The notes under the pieces are model-generated. The model did not search any database. It saw nothing but the letters and a program-made list of their open reading frames with translations, and was not told the DNA's origin. From a virus, in the UHGV virus genome UHGV-1359874: a DNA stretch of 64,000 bases, one strand, 5' to 3'. This document shows positions 28,608 through 38,900 of this stretch, piece by piece. Within the stretch, counting starts at the first letter, position 1. Every line of letters begins with the position of its first letter. The position numbers and the translations under genes were made by a program.

Positions 28608-29593
28608 GATAATACTCCCATCACAATCATATTAATTTTTGAAGGACACCAAGTAGAAGACGGAGTTACTAAATCATAGGTGCCAGTTTGTTTAGTAGTT
28701 GGTTTCGCAGAACCTGGAACAACCCAATAATTAATAGGAGAATCACTAGCCGTAGGACTTCCTACAACAATTTCTATTGGAACTGAAGCAAAAGTAAAAG
28801 GATATGCAAAAGGACCTATTGAATCAGAACTCGCTGTTTTATACATATGACCAAAAGAAGTATTCGTATGTTTGCCTCCATAAGTATCTGATCTAAATAG
28901 AATAACTCTCTTATCATCAGTAAATTTATAAACATACCAGTTATTAGAAAATAACCACTGTCCTAAAGAAACCTCTTGAGTATTTAATATGAATTTTCCA
29001 TTAAAATAGCCTATAAGATGACCGGTTAATTGAGAATCCCAAATACCCCTATTACCATTTGTACGATTACCATAAAGATAAATATTGTGGGTTTTACTAT
29101 TGTAGTCATAACGAACACCAACGTCTGCTTCTCCATCGGTTGTTTTTTTATTCTTATCATAAGCCCAAAATCCAGTGTCTGCAAAAGCTAAACCTGCAAC
29201 ATCTAAATTAGTTGTTTTACTTGTTCCGCCAGTAATATTTAAGGCTCCTGTTAAAGTTCCACCGCTTAAATTGAGTTTTTTATCCAATTCACCTTTAATA
29301 ATCTTGTTTTGCACAGGATTTGTGCTAGAAGTACTTAAACTAGAATCAACAGTAGTAACAGTATCAGTAAACTTAGCGTTAGCAGGAACATCTGAATTAA
29401 CAGTATGATTATTAACTTTTGTTGCATTTCCAACGGTTTGTGTTCCACTGATAATATTTTTTATAACTGTATCAACATTAGAAGCCGTTCCATTAACTGT
29501 TATATCAACATTAGAAGCATCAGCTCCTATTGGACACTCATTACCAAAATCGGCACCCTGCATAACTTTAAGACCCATAATTTTGTCTGCCAC
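28604..29593 (-). CDS. tail fiber / receptor-binding protein
   Basis: 'LSGGTLTGALNITGG' fiber-like N-terminal region and a beta-rich C-terminus. Confidence 0.5.
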   Translation of the reverse strand: MADKIMGLKVMQGADFGNECPIGADASNVDITVNGTASNVDTVIKNIISGTQTVGNATKVNNHTVNSDVPANAKFTDTVTTVDSSLSTSSTNPVQNKIIKGELDKKLNLSGGTLTGALNITGGTSKTTNLDVAGLAFADTGFWAYDKNKKTTDGEADVGVRYDYNSKTHNIYLYGNRTNGNRGIWDSQLTGHLIGYFNGKFILNTQEVSLGQWLFSNNWYVYKFTDDKRVILFRSDTYGGKHTNTSFGHMYKTASSDSIGPFAYPFTFASVPIEIVVGSPTASDSPINYWVVPGSAKPTTKQTGTYDLVTPSSTWCPSKINMIVMGVLS

Positions 29594-29668
29594 TAAAAAC
29601 TCACCTTCCTTATTATTAACTATATTTTTAACAATAATAGTTCATATTTTAACTATAAATATTTTATA

Positions 29669-31033
29669 TTAAACTTCAATCCATTCGAGTTCTGTCGAAG
29701 TCCCTCCAGGTCCAGGTGTTGTTGGAGGATTCCAATCTCCATCAGGATTCGTAATAAAATCATAATTTTGATTTTCTTCATCATAGACAGGAGTTATTTC
29801 ACACTTAATAATAGAATGAAGTTTATTTAATAAATTAACAAGAGAAGAACTATCAAAAACAGATGTTCTATCAACAAATTTTTCAAAAGTTAAAGAACCA
29901 TCTGCTAACTTCTCATATGTTACTGCGGCGACCCCAATTTTTTCAGAAATCACCGAACCATATGCCAATTTTGAACTGGAAACCGCATTATCAGCTATCT
30001 TGGCCCCAATCACAGCTCCATCAGCTATTTTCTGGTCACTAATCGCACCATTCGCAATTTTTTCACCAGAAACTGCCTGATTAGCAATTTTATTATCAGT
30101 AACCGCATAATTTTGTAATTTTACTGTTGAGATAGAATTATCAGGAATTTCAGTATTTTGAATCTTCTGTTCTAAATTTTGAATAGAAGAATTAATATCT
30201 GTAAACTTTTGAATTACATCTGAACCGAGTTTAGTTTCACTAACAGATTCATCAGCTAATGCACTGCCAGTAACTGCACCATTAGCAATCTTAGAGCCAG
30301 TTACAGCGTCATCCGCAAGTTTAGCTGAAGTAATAGCGCCATCCGCAACTGAACCTCTATCTTTTTCAAGAGATGCAACTTTTCCTTCAAGAGTATCTAA
30401 CTCATTAGAAAATTCAGCATCTAAATTACTTTTACCAACAGCTCCATCAGCTAATTTATCTTTAGTAACACTGCCATCTTGCAATTTTGCGGTTGCAACT
30501 GAACTATCAGCTAATTTATCTTGCGTAATTGCGGCGGTCCCGATATTTCCAGATTTAACCTCGCCTCTACCAATCTTTGAACTGGTTACTGCATCTGTTG
30601 CCAACTTAGGCGTAGTAACAGCTCCATCAGCTAGTTTAGCGCTATTAACACTACCCTCACCTAAAATAGCGTTTGAAATAGCGCCTTCCGCAAATTTATC
30701 AGCGGTAATTGAGCCATTCTTAATTTGACTCGTTCCGACTGAACTGTTTGCAAGTTTATCAGAAGTAATCGCTCCATTTTCAATTTTATTAGTTGAAACC
30801 GCATTGTCTTCAAGTTTAGAATTAGAAACTGCACTATTTGCAAGTTCAGTGCTCGTTATACTACCTTTACTAGGCTTAGCTGAAGTCTTAACTTCTTCCA
30901 GGTCCGCCATATATTGTTCAGAAAAAGGTGTATCATCAGTAGAACTTTTAACTAACTGTTCAAATGTAACAATAGGAGAAACCTTATTCTCATTTTTATC
31001 ATATAACCATGATTTAATGACTTCTTTCGCCAT
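29669..31033 (-). CDS. tail fiber protein with about 20 tandem 11-residue (hendecad) repeats
   Basis: Repeats of the form 'xKLADGAVTxx' spanning roughly 29900-30900 with 33-nt periodicity in DNA. Confidence 0.55.
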   Translation of the reverse strand: MAKEVIKSWLYDKNENKVSPIVTFEQLVKSSTDDTPFSEQYMADLEEVKTSAKPSKGSITSTELANSAVSNSKLEDNAVSTNKIENGAITSDKLANSSVGTSQIKNGSITADKFAEGAISNAILGEGSVNSAKLADGAVTTPKLATDAVTSSKIGRGEVKSGNIGTAAITQDKLADSSVATAKLQDGSVTKDKLADGAVGKSNLDAEFSNELDTLEGKVASLEKDRGSVADGAITSAKLADDAVTGSKIANGAVTGSALADESVSETKLGSDVIQKFTDINSSIQNLEQKIQNTEIPDNSISTVKLQNYAVTDNKIANQAVSGEKIANGAISDQKIADGAVIGAKIADNAVSSSKLAYGSVISEKIGVAAVTYEKLADGSLTFEKFVDRTSVFDSSSLVNLLNKLHSIIKCEITPVYDEENQNYDFITNPDGDWNPPTTPGPGGTSTELEWIEV

Positions 31034-31083
31034 TACAGAATATTATTCCTCCTTTCTTTTTTAATTAAAAAGTCAGTGGAGAT

Positions 31084-31350
31084 TTAATCCTCCACTGACT
31101 CATCATCATTAATAATTTCAGCCTGTCCAGTAAAGGTTCTAGTCTGTTTAAATTGACCAGTCTGCTCAAGATATTCACGCTCTTGCTTTAAACAGTTCTC
31201 GTCCTTAACCTGTCCAACCTGAGCTAACGTATCTTTCATAATTAAAAAGATAGCTGTAATAGGAATAGTCTGTTCATTAATAAGATCAACTAAATCTTTA
31301 GCAAACTTATTACAGGCCATATCAAATGGCATCTGAATTTTATCTTCCAT
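31084..31350 (-). CDS. hypothetical protein (88 aa)
   Basis: ORF. Confidence 0.3.
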   Translation of the reverse strand: MEDKIQMPFDMACNKFAKDLVDLINEQTIPITAIFLIMKDTLAQVGQVKDENCLKQEREYLEQTGQFKQTRTFTGQAEIINDDESVED

Positions 31351-31383
31351 TATAAACTCCTTTTATTTCCTTATATATAAAAA

Positions 31384-34300
31384 TTAAGATAAACTAGCCG
31401 TACCGGATGGGGAGGCTTCTATGTTAGACGTATAACCCAATACCATTCTTGTTGTGTATTTAAATTTATAATGTCCAGTAGTAAGATTAAAAGATACTAA
31501 TTCAAAACTACTAATTGGAATTACCCAATGTACTTCATTATCGCCTAGTGTAAAAGTAGAATTATTAAAAGTAGCATTCTTAACAACAAGATCTGTTGCT
31601 TCAATTTTATTGGCAACTATATTACCAACATAACTTGGTAAACTCGTCCCACCAACTCTTGAATTACTAGATAAATTTGTTCCATTACTGCTAAAAGTAG
31701 AACCTCCAACATCAATACTACCACCAGTAATATTTACATTATTAAATGTAGCATACCCGCCAGCTGTAATACTCCATCCAGGTCCACTCATTGAGCCATC
31801 TGAATACAAACTTAAAGAACCTGCAGATAAACTACTTGTTCCAATAGTCCATCCGCCAATGGCTCCAGATGTACTAGTTAAATAACCATTTGAATTAACA
31901 CTAAAAGTGCTACCAAGAGTAATTCCGCTAGTTGGATTTAATGACATTCCATTAGAAAATAAACTCTCACTACTAATTGTCCAGCCACCAATATGACCAT
32001 ATTTAGCGGTTAATTCACCAACACTAGAAACATAAAAATTATCTCCTAATCCAATACCTTCTGTTCCTAGATATATACCGGAACCATTACCTGGTCCATA
32101 TCCAGTTTTACCGCTATTTAAATTATTAGTTTTAATCGTCCATCCAGCTATTGTACCAGATTTTGCGGTTAATTCACCTAAACTAGTAACACTGAAATTA
32201 CTTCCAATTGACAAACCGTCAGTACCTAAATAAAATCCAGTATCACTAGATTCTAATCTGTCGTGAGAACCAGAATAAAGTGCAGAATGAGTGTCCGTCT
32301 CACCAGATTTTCCTATAACAATTTTATTCGTACCAGAACCAATAGTAGCAGTAGTAGCAGTTAAATGACCACCATAATTTACTACAAAATTCCCATTACC
32401 TGACCATATAGCCCAAGTACTATCTGTATCATTCTCGCTATCCCAACTATGAAGGCCAATTTTCCTATCCCTTGAAGATAGTTCATTGTCTCCAACACTC
32501 CATCCGCCAATGGTTCCACCATGTTCAATAGTAACGTAACCATTTGAACCATCAAGAGTAAAACCGCCTGAACCAGATTCCATGCGGGCACTAGATAAAT
32601 CAATTAAGAATCCACTACCAGATTTATTGCTTTCTGTATAATTTTGCGGCAATCCTTTTTCAGTATAATTTTTCCAATAATCACCACTATAAAGTAAAGC
32701 CTTACCTTCACTTGGATCAATAGCTAATGAACCTTGACCCTGACCGAAAATAGCGTGTCCATCTTCCGCATCTAGAGTAAAACTTCTTTTACCATCATAG
32801 AACCCAAACAATCCAGTCTCAGACTGAGTTTTATTTGACTCTTGAACTTCACCCATGAGCACACCGGTAAACTGATTCTTATTGTTCTTTTTACCAGCAC
32901 CCATCTGTGGCGATAGGATAAAACCGCCATCTTCATCTATTGATATTGAATTTCCATCCCAATCATTTAATTGAGATAGACCATACCTGTTTAAATAAAA
33001 ATGTATAGGAATATAAATTGTACCATAGTTACCGCATTTACAAATAACTGTATTATTAACGCATATTCCATGATAATTAGCTATTGGTTTAAAATTCCTT
33101 TGATTAGCATTTAACTTATCAGTATAAATGCTTGAATTTAAATGAATTAAATCATTTGAATCTAAATAAGCACTATCTGCAAAACTAAAATATCTTCCAC
33201 CTTTATTCCATTCACAAGTATCACTTTTAACCAAGGCAGAATTATTATAGATTTCTATTTCAAAAGGATTAGTGTTATCATATTTAGGTGTGGTTCCATC
33301 GCTAGTATATTGAACATAACTAAAACCACTATAATCTTTCAAATAAATACGATAATTACTATCCTCAACATAACTAATAATAATAGGAAGTGTAGTTATT
33401 AATATCTGATTATCATTATCTTTTTGATAATGAACAGTACATTTAATAATATTTGCACCGCAAACTTGTTCATCATGCGCCTGACCCGTATAATTTATTG
33501 TACCATTATTTTCATTAATAGTCAAATCAGAAGCATCTTCAACGTTATTCTTATACTTATTTTTTAAGATTTCCCAAGTAACATTTACTACTGGTTCATT
33601 AGATTCTAATAAATTTTCAGAACCCTCAAATACTAATTCTCCTTCTCGATAAACTTGTACTTTAAATGGTGCGCGAGTAGATGGAGAAGTTGTTATTAAA
33701 AACTGTTCTGCTCCAAAATTAAAATATCCAGATATATATTTCCCATCATCTGATTTTTGAATCATATTAAGAATAGGATATTGTGGAGTTACACTATTTG
33801 TATTTGGCACTATTCGACAAACAAAAGAAGTGCCATTAGTACCAGTTTCACCTTGTTTAGTAAACATTAAATTAGTTTTTGCAACTAAATTTATTTCTTT
33901 ATACTGAATTTTTAACTCAATGTCATTATTTTTATAATTATAATAATATTTATTTTGAATATTATAAGAAAGTTCTAGTGCTTGATTAAAATACTCATAA
34001 TCAAGAGAAGCATTAACTTCATGGGTACCTCTATCTGCAGAAACTTCAGTTAGCATCGTACTTTTAGTGGGAACTTTCCATTGAATAGATCCACCTTTAA
34101 TGACATCAGAGCTAATTTCACGACCTTGATTATCATAAACAGAAAAACTTAATGTTTCGATTGCTATTGGATTTGCTTGAGCTTTACTTGCCGGACTGAC
34201 ACCATTTTCATCATAATTAAATACTTGATTACCATTATTAATAATTAAACTGTAGCCATTTTTAGCTTCTAATAAATTTACAATTTTTATAGAAGCGGTT

Positions 34301-35805
34301 CCTTTATTACTTCCTGTAGAATCAATTACTGTACATTTATAAATTACAAAATCAACAATAGTTTGAACTTGAATATTTTTTGAAACTGGTCCTTCAACTT
34401 CTAATTGAGTTAAATTCCCATATTCATCTTCAACAGCCCAACTATAATTAAAGCTAGTATCAACTACACCATTAACTTTACAAGTTAATGTAGGACTTCC
34501 AACTCCATAATAAAATTCGGTTCCACTATCTGATTCAATAGAAATAGTAACAGTTCCTTTTTTATTTTTAATAGTAACTGTTTTAGTATAACTATTATTA
34601 TTATAAATAATTACACATTTAATCTTATTTTCTTTTGCGGCGGCTTGCAAAATACTTAAATCAAGTCTAGCACCTTGGTCAATCCATTCAACTTGATTAG
34701 TTTCTTCATCTATTACATTATATTTATTTAAACAACGCCATCCTTTTCCGCCATACTTATTATAAAATTTACTTTTATTGCCAATCGTTAAATCTTCAAT
34801 AAACCAATAGAAAGGAATCTTTTGAATAGTTGGATCAGCTACTCTACCTTTAATTCTTACCTGCGCAGTAATTGGTAGTGTTGCGGAGTCTGCGTCATTT
34901 TCTGTAAAGATCGCGCCACTGGGTGTTAATAGACTTAATGCACAACCGTTAAGCTCGGCCTCACTAAGCTCGGCACTCGCCGCAAATTCAATGTTGCTAA
35001 CTTCAATATCGTATAATTTGTTATTAGCAATTTCATCATCATTTTTCTGTTGTGGAAAGTTCTCTACAAAGAGAGAAATTTTGACAATACGATTAAAATT
35101 TGTTCCCGAGGCTTTATAAATTCCGAACTGTCTCTTGCCCAAAATTAATTGGTAGGGATTACCTACCATATTATCAACATCAACTACATAATTTTTAGTA
35201 TAAGTAGCGGTTTCATCTACGTCATTAGTATATTCAACAGTAAACATAATTCCATAATTACCTTTTAGCTGTTGCTCTGCGGCTAGTGAAGTTTTAAAGG
35301 TAGCACCGCAAATTAATGAAGTAGCTTGTTCCATATATTCTTTTAACGCATCATTATCAACGCTTAGAATATTATGTTCATCATCATAAAGAATAAACTC
35401 TCGATAAGTTTTTCCTTTATCTGGTTTATAATATGAGCTTAATGAATATGGAGAATTTTGTGATACACCATTAACGCCAATAATTTCATAGCCACTATCT
35501 TTATCACTTGGATTAATATAATCAACGCCTAGCTTATCAACAGTACCAAGAATAGTTTTATCCTTAGTCATATCATTCTGCGGAATCAAAATATAAACTA
35601 GTGTATTATCTCCATATACCACATCTGGACTACTTGCATAAGCATAAAAAGAGCTATCTTGATATTTAATCTTATACTTGCCAATAGATTCATCAACACA
35701 TGATTTCACTGTTGCTTGTATAGTCTTGTCAAAACCAGCCTCTTTTACAGACTTGTCAACTATTAGTTCAATAGCTTCACAAATATTGTCCTCTATATAA
35801 CTCAT
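31384..35805 (-). CDS. large tail structural protein (1473 aa) with C-terminal 'GGWTI' beta-repeats
   Basis: Repeats 'GTIAGWTIKTNNL...', 'HIGGWTISSESL...', 'AIGGWTIGTSSL...' near the C-terminus. Positioned directly downstream of the tape measure gene. Confidence 0.45.
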   Translation of the reverse strand: MSYIEDNICEAIELIVDKSVKEAGFDKTIQATVKSCVDESIGKYKIKYQDSSFYAYASSPDVVYGDNTLVYILIPQNDMTKDKTILGTVDKLGVDYINPSDKDSGYEIIGVNGVSQNSPYSLSSYYKPDKGKTYREFILYDDEHNILSVDNDALKEYMEQATSLICGATFKTSLAAEQQLKGNYGIMFTVEYTNDVDETATYTKNYVVDVDNMVGNPYQLILGKRQFGIYKASGTNFNRIVKISLFVENFPQQKNDDEIANNKLYDIEVSNIEFAASAELSEAELNGCALSLLTPSGAIFTENDADSATLPITAQVRIKGRVADPTIQKIPFYWFIEDLTIGNKSKFYNKYGGKGWRCLNKYNVIDEETNQVEWIDQGARLDLSILQAAAKENKIKCVIIYNNNSYTKTVTIKNKKGTVTISIESDSGTEFYYGVGSPTLTCKVNGVVDTSFNYSWAVEDEYGNLTQLEVEGPVSKNIQVQTIVDFVIYKCTVIDSTGSNKGTASIKIVNLLEAKNGYSLIINNGNQVFNYDENGVSPASKAQANPIAIETLSFSVYDNQGREISSDVIKGGSIQWKVPTKSTMLTEVSADRGTHEVNASLDYEYFNQALELSYNIQNKYYYNYKNNDIELKIQYKEINLVAKTNLMFTKQGETGTNGTSFVCRIVPNTNSVTPQYPILNMIQKSDDGKYISGYFNFGAEQFLITTSPSTRAPFKVQVYREGELVFEGSENLLESNEPVVNVTWEILKNKYKNNVEDASDLTINENNGTINYTGQAHDEQVCGANIIKCTVHYQKDNDNQILITTLPIIISYVEDSNYRIYLKDYSGFSYVQYTSDGTTPKYDNTNPFEIEIYNNSALVKSDTCEWNKGGRYFSFADSAYLDSNDLIHLNSSIYTDKLNANQRNFKPIANYHGICVNNTVICKCGNYGTIYIPIHFYLNRYGLSQLNDWDGNSISIDEDGGFILSPQMGAGKKNNKNQFTGVLMGEVQESNKTQSETGLFGFYDGKRSFTLDAEDGHAIFGQGQGSLAIDPSEGKALLYSGDYWKNYTEKGLPQNYTESNKSGSGFLIDLSSARMESGSGGFTLDGSNGYVTIEHGGTIGGWSVGDNELSSRDRKIGLHSWDSENDTDSTWAIWSGNGNFVVNYGGHLTATTATIGSGTNKIVIGKSGETDTHSALYSGSHDRLESSDTGFYLGTDGLSIGSNFSVTSLGELTAKSGTIAGWTIKTNNLNSGKTGYGPGNGSGIYLGTEGIGLGDNFYVSSVGELTAKYGHIGGWTISSESLFSNGMSLNPTSGITLGSTFSVNSNGYLTSTSGAIGGWTIGTSSLSAGSLSLYSDGSMSGPGWSITAGGYATFNNVNITGGSIDVGGSTFSSNGTNLSSNSRVGGTSLPSYVGNIVANKIEATDLVVKNATFNNSTFTLGDNEVHWVIPISSFELVSFNLTTGHYKFKYTTRMVLGYTSNIEASPSGTASLS

Positions 35806-35885
35806 TGCTCACACTCCTTTTATCTCTTATTTCTAATATATAAAAATGTTTAATGCCTTTTTAATAAGTTTTGTCCACAATAGAT

Positions 35886-35912
35886 AAAAAGAAAAAGGGG
35901 CATTTCTGCCCC
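35886..35912 (-). terminator. terminator after the tape-measure gene (minus strand)
   Basis: ggggcatttctgcccc hairpin preceded on the plus strand by an A-run. Confidence 0.55.
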
Positions 35913-35918
35913 TTAATC

Positions 35919-38900
35919 TTATTTATTATTTCTATAAGCTCGTTGAGACGCAGTGTTCACTAAATTCTTGAGCGCAGTCTCGATCTGAGAAGCTTCGGTC
36001 TGACCCTCAAATTTAGCAGTAATATAAACTGTTTGTTCAAGAGTAGAAGAATCTTTAGGTGCGGTAACAGTACTTCCAATGGTTGAAAGTATGGCCGCAG
36101 TATTATTAAACACGTTATCTCCAATCCTACTAACTATTTCACGGAGAACATTCATCGCAGATAGCATATTCGCGGTATCATCTTTATTCAGAACTAATTC
36201 CTTTTGATGTAACAATGCTAGTCTGCCATCTTCACCCCAGGTACCAGTATAACCGCCAGTGTCATAGCCAAACAGCTGTGACTTTTTTATCCAGCCCAGA
36301 TCGCCATACTCGCCATCTGCAGAGTGAATATGAACGCCATAAGCGTTATCATTCATCTTGTCGATAACAACACCATCAGCTACACCGGAATATTTGCTTC
36401 CTGCTGGAGCTTTACCGTAAGAATCGTAATAATATCTACCATTATAACCAACAACATCACCAACAGATGCAGTACCATCTTTATCAGAACCAGAACCAGC
36501 TCCGCTATCAGAGCTAGAACTATTAGAAGAATTTGCAGCAGACATAGCCTTTGCCGCCTCTTCAGCACGTCTCCGTTCTTCCGCGGCTTGAGCTGCATCC
36601 TTCGCGTTTTTAGCTTGAATAAAGTCATATGCCGCCTTTGTAGCTCCAATGGCCTCACTCTTTGCTTGCCGGTACGCCGCAATTAATTCTTTAACCTGAT
36701 TAACAACATCACCGATAGCTTGATATTCTTGCTTAGCAGAATCAATTAACTGATTGCTTTCTTGAAGTAGCTTTTGACCTTCTTCATAAGCTTCATTGCT
36801 GACTCGCTGATTAGTTTGACTAATATTATCAATATTCTGGACATAATCTTGAGCAGCTTCTTTGAGCTTGTCGAATGTGTCCTGACAGGTCTGCTCAAAT
36901 CCGCCTTCGCCTGAGAATTTATCAATCATTTCCTGAACGCCGCTTGTCCATTCAGGAACAAGATTATTCATAATCAAATCTTTTTCTTCATCTGTCATAT
37001 TCTGAAAGTTAGAAACATCCACGTTATACAAATTAGCTAAATCATTAAATGCTGAATCAGTAAGATTTGTACGAATATTTAAGTTCTGTTCAGTTAAATA
37101 ATTAATCTTTTCACCATACTGCTCTTGTAATAGTGCAATATGTTCTTGCAAAGCATCTTGGTCATCTGCATAATCCTTATAAGCTTGAGCCACTTTATCT
37201 TGGAACTCACTCCATACGGAGTACATATCATTTAAATTATTTTTATAAGCATCTTTATCAAAGTTATATAGAGAATTTTGAGCATCAGCTAAATCTTGCT
37301 GCGCTTGACGAATTGAATCTTCATCAGATACAAACTGATAAGAATAGTTACCATTTGCATCACGCTTTAAACGCATCTTAGATTGATTCTGTTGAGCTTC
37401 TTGCAGGGCAATTTGCTTTAACGCAATCTCATATTCTTTTTCAGCGCGATCAATATCGTACTGAGTAAGTTCACCTTTTTCCTCAAGCATTTTCATTTGA
37501 GTCTGCATAAGTTCATTGAGTTTCTGCTGAGTAGTTACACTATCAGTATCATTAATAGCATCTTGCCACTTATTTTGTAACTGTTGCTTAGCATATGCAG
37601 CATTAATAGTATCTAAGTAATTATCAGCATTGTCATTTAGCAGATTTAACTGTTCCTCTAAGTAATCCAAACCTTTACCATTTGATACTTTATCATTAAG
37701 AGATTTAACAAGAGCATCAATAGTATTTTCATATTTGGTAGTTAATGCTTCTGCCCAGTTTTCAACTAGACCATTTACATCAGATACCGCACTCTTCCAA
37801 TTTTCTTCATATTTTTCAAGCGCTTCTTTATTACCATTACCTTGCTCGATTGCAGCACGTTCCGCATCCATTAATTGTTTCCAATAAGTCGCGGCATTCT
37901 GGCGGGCAGCTAGCTCAGCCTGGATATTAGTGAGTTGCTTTTCATAATAAGTGTCCATTAAATCATAGGCATCATCGCCATATAACTTCTGAATTAAATT
38001 AATATCATGGTTAATTTGATCGCCTAAGAATTCGTATGCTTCTTTATTTTTATCAAGAGCATCATTAACCGCATCAATAGAATCTAAGAAAGCATCCGTA
38101 ACATTTTGCTCTAAATCTTCAAGATTTTCAAGCTCAGTCATTAATTCTTTATAAGACTCTTTTAAATCATCAACTGCGGATGCCATATCATCTACCCAAG
38201 TTCCTGTTGCAGCATCATATGCAGAATAAATAGAAGAATGTCCGCCGTTCTGCATTTTCTGCAATTCACCTAATATTGAACCTGGAGTTGCAGTATTGCC
38301 AATTTTAGATGTAAGTGATTGAATAGAACCAACACCGCTATTTGCTGTGTTATAGTAAGAGAGTATATCTGCCCGATTTTGTAATGCTTTACCTAGTAAA
38401 TCATCATCATCGAGGTCATCAATTACTTTACGTTTAAATTCATTCCAATCCCGCATTGCCTCGCCCATGTCTAGACGAAGTTTGACCTCCATATCAAACT
38501 TTTGAACTTGAAGTTCAATGGCAGAAGAAAGTGCTTCGGTAATATCATCTTCAAGATCAGGAATAGTTTCGTTTATGAGTTTGTCGTAATTGGTAACCAT
38601 TTCTTTAATCTTATCATATTCCTTTTGAGCTTTAGTAACTTTCTTATCTGCTGCTTCATCTTGAGCATCCGCTGATAAAGAATTATACCAACCAATTACA
38701 CTATTAAGATTTTGTTGAGCTTTAGTAAGCAAAACTGCATAATTAGAAATTTCACCATTTGCATCAAAAGTAGCACCATACTGAGCTAAAGAGTTTTTAA
38801 TTTCATTAGCTTCTTGTTTAGCTAATTCAATTTTAGCTTTATAAGCATCTCTTTGTTTTTCGAGAATTACTAACTGTTTATTGAGATTATTAATTAAATC

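Noticed and set aside
29900-30900. Tandem repeat region as a possible CRISPR array or non-coding satellite
   Set aside because: The repeats are 33-nt, degenerate, contiguous without spacers, and lie entirely within a long ORF encoding an 11-residue protein repeat.
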